Assembly: GCF_902713615.1 (NCBI RefSeq)
Contig: NC_052162.1
Coordinates: 108,341,811 to 108,405,810 of the forward strand
Reading direction: 5' to 3'
Origin: Scyliorhinus canicula
Lineage: Eukaryota
DNA length: 64,000 bases
Part shown: positions 61,700 to 64,000 of the stretch, in pieces
How positions within the stretch are numbered: position 1 is the first letter of the stretch
Layout of the letters: every line of letters begins with the position of its first letter
Notes under the pieces: model-generated
The model's database searches: none
What the model saw: the letters and a program-made list of their open reading frames with translations, nothing else
Told to the model about the DNA's origin: nothing
Translations under genes and position numbers: made by a program

Positions 61700-63250
61700 T
61701 TCAAATATCCTTATCAGCGGGAGGATGGAGAGTAGCAGCACGTCAGTTTAAAAAGACAGTCTGAATGATTTCAGCCATCTTAATCTAGATGACCTGAAAA
61801 GGTGGTCCAACTCCCCATTATCCTCATATCACTAGTATTTCTGTTGCAAGTCTACAAGATAGTAGATGCATGATGTCAATAAATATTTGGAGGCTGTGGA
61901 TACAGCAGAGTGCACGGATCCTGACAACATTCCGGGAATTATAATCAAGACATGGCTCACGCGCTAGTTCTGCTTTTCCACTACAGCCACAACTAGAATC
62001 CGCCTGCCAGAATTATGCACGTGTTTCCTGTCGCAAAGCAGATCAAATCCAACCTGTCCAAAGACCCATCCAACAGTCTACATCTAGAGCATTAACAAAG
62101 TGATAGACATTGTCGCCCACCGTGCCATCAAGTATCACTTACAAAGTAGTGACCTGTTTCCTCACTCTGAATTTGAAGAAATGGCATGGAACCGCACGTG
62201 TCATCACGGGAGCATTTGGGCGATTGCAGCATCTGGGATCATGAGTAAAATTGAAGCTAAAGGGATTGGAGTTGGGATGTGGATATGTTCCGCGACTTTG
62301 TGTCTTACCTAGCACAAGTTAAGATGTTCTAGCTGTTGCCCATCAGTACGATCTGCGGCAGGAGTTCTTCGGTTCAGTTTCCTCCAACCATTTCAGCTGT
62401 TTCATCAATGACCGTCGATCGGTTATAGAGTTGGAAGTGTACATGTTCTCATATATTTGCACAATGCATTGTGCTATTCGCGTCTCCTCACATACTGAAA
62501 CCATTCGCGTCTATATTCTGAAGGAAATGTGCAATATTCAGGATTGGCAAGCAAAATTAACACTACACAGTTGCAAGAAATTACCATACCAGTGGACAGC
62601 TATAGTTTGATGGCCGTCTCATGAAAGTAAATGGGGAAACGATTGCTGAATCGACAACAATCATAATCATGGAATGTACCATTGACCAGCAACTGAACCG
62701 AACGCCCTATAAATAATGGTACTAAAGAGCAAGTCAGCGGTTGAACAATCTGCGCCGACTATCTAAGCTCTAGACAAGCTAAAGGATGCCCACCATATAA
62801 TGGGTACAAGTAAGGAATGAAAAGGGATACTCTTCAGTTGCCTGTAAGAGGACAGCTCGAGCAACACACCCTGCCTACTTTTCCCATCACATACGAATTA
62901 ACTCAACCTCGCACCAACTAACAGTACCTCATCGTGTGCCATATATATGATGCACTGAAGCATCTAAAGAAATATACTTCGATGGCACTTTTCCAAATCC
63001 AGGCTTCTACTTCAGGGTCTGCACAAACACGAGAACACGATGATCTGAAAGCTATCCCCCCCCAGTCACACACAATACTGGCTTGGAATTGTATCAGCCG
63101 TTCCTTTACTGATGTTTGCAGAAATCCCAAGTCTATGTCCCGAATAGAACTGTGGGTACAATTACACCACATGGACTCCAGAAGATCAGGAAGGCGGTAC
63201 AGCAGCACCTTCATAAGAACAGTTAAGGATGGGCTGCAATGAATATCCGA
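61700..63250 (+). mobile_element. Old LINE RT/3' remnant; same family on minus at about 4820-5170, 34070-34360, 40860-42450 and 46600-46900
   Basis: Recurring degenerate blocks with mutual similarity and no intact ORF. Confidence 0.55.
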
Positions 63251-64000
63251 TCCAGCGAAACCGTTTTCGTGTGAATGAGTAGAATAAATTGATCAAAACA
63301 GCCATACAGAGGCTTATCTGTCAAAACTTCTGAGCTTCCCTGCTTGTGGAAACAAACTAATTTAAACTATTTAGCCACCTAATGTCAACCCCATATCGTT
63401 CTAATCCCTGTTTAAACTCTTACGTAAACTCTCTAAAATCTGTTAGGGAATGTCGTTTCTAATTATTTGCCGTTTGGAATATATTATTTGCCACATTCAT
63501 CCTCCTCTCCCTCCTCGCTCTCTTCATAGTTAAATTTCTTTATCCTGGGGTCGCCAATTGTACCAAATAGTTTATATCGAGTTGAAACATATTACCATGA
63601 CCTTCGCTGTTGTTACACATTCGCTGCTCTAGAGATAACTTAACATTTTGAAATAGTGACCCGTAGCTCTAAGTGTAATGCATTATTACAAATCATGAAC
63701 AAATTAAACAAAACTTGTACCATTAACCATTTTGCACGTTGCTCTTCTCCGCCGACCATTTATTAACCCAGCGAACACCACTGCTCTTTTACCTTTCTCT
63801 GCCTCGGTAATTACTTTACATTGATGACATCTGTTATTTCGACATATTTTTTCCGTTTTTGAATAAATGTCTTCAACCTGCCGAATAGACGCTGTTGCAG
63901 TCCTTATTGGTACTCTGTAGCCTCTTGAGCATTTGCAGAATTGTTTGATTTAATATCTACTTTCTATTCGTCTTTTTGTCGTTTTTGCATCCACTACCAT

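Noticed and set aside
1-64000. CRISPR arrays, rRNA or true tRNA genes, or a second V or J segment
   Set aside because: None seen. The tRNA-like boxes are SINE heads, and the DNA is eukaryotic.

Overview
Eukaryotic DNA from a shark, probably a catshark (inferred from the repeat families), with one assembly gap. The main content is one complete germline IgNAR (heavy-chain-only antibody) cluster on the minus strand. It runs leader, V, D1, D2, D3, J, C1 to C5, a secretory tail and a TM exon (about 38733 down to 7931), with 12/23-compatible RSSs and open, correctly phased exons. An intact two-exon GPR139-like class A GPCR (321 aa) lies on the plus strand, head-to-head with the cluster about 15 kb upstream. 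Most of the rest is CR1, L1, L2-like and Rex-like LINE debris, HE1/V-SINEs and GC-rich MITE-like elements. Both C-terminal outputs of this IgNAR look altered. The secretory tailpiece has a frameshifting deletion that leaves its S-C-I-stop end out of frame. The TM exon lacks its GT donor (AAG|ATAATA) and reads through to a 29-aa cytoplasmic tail with its own AATAAA. Other observations are an extra Cys pair in C5, a B-cell-enhancer-like motif cluster in the C5-TM intron, twin octamers upstream of the GPCR, and three local templated duplications. All calls were made by eye; TE boundaries are approximate.
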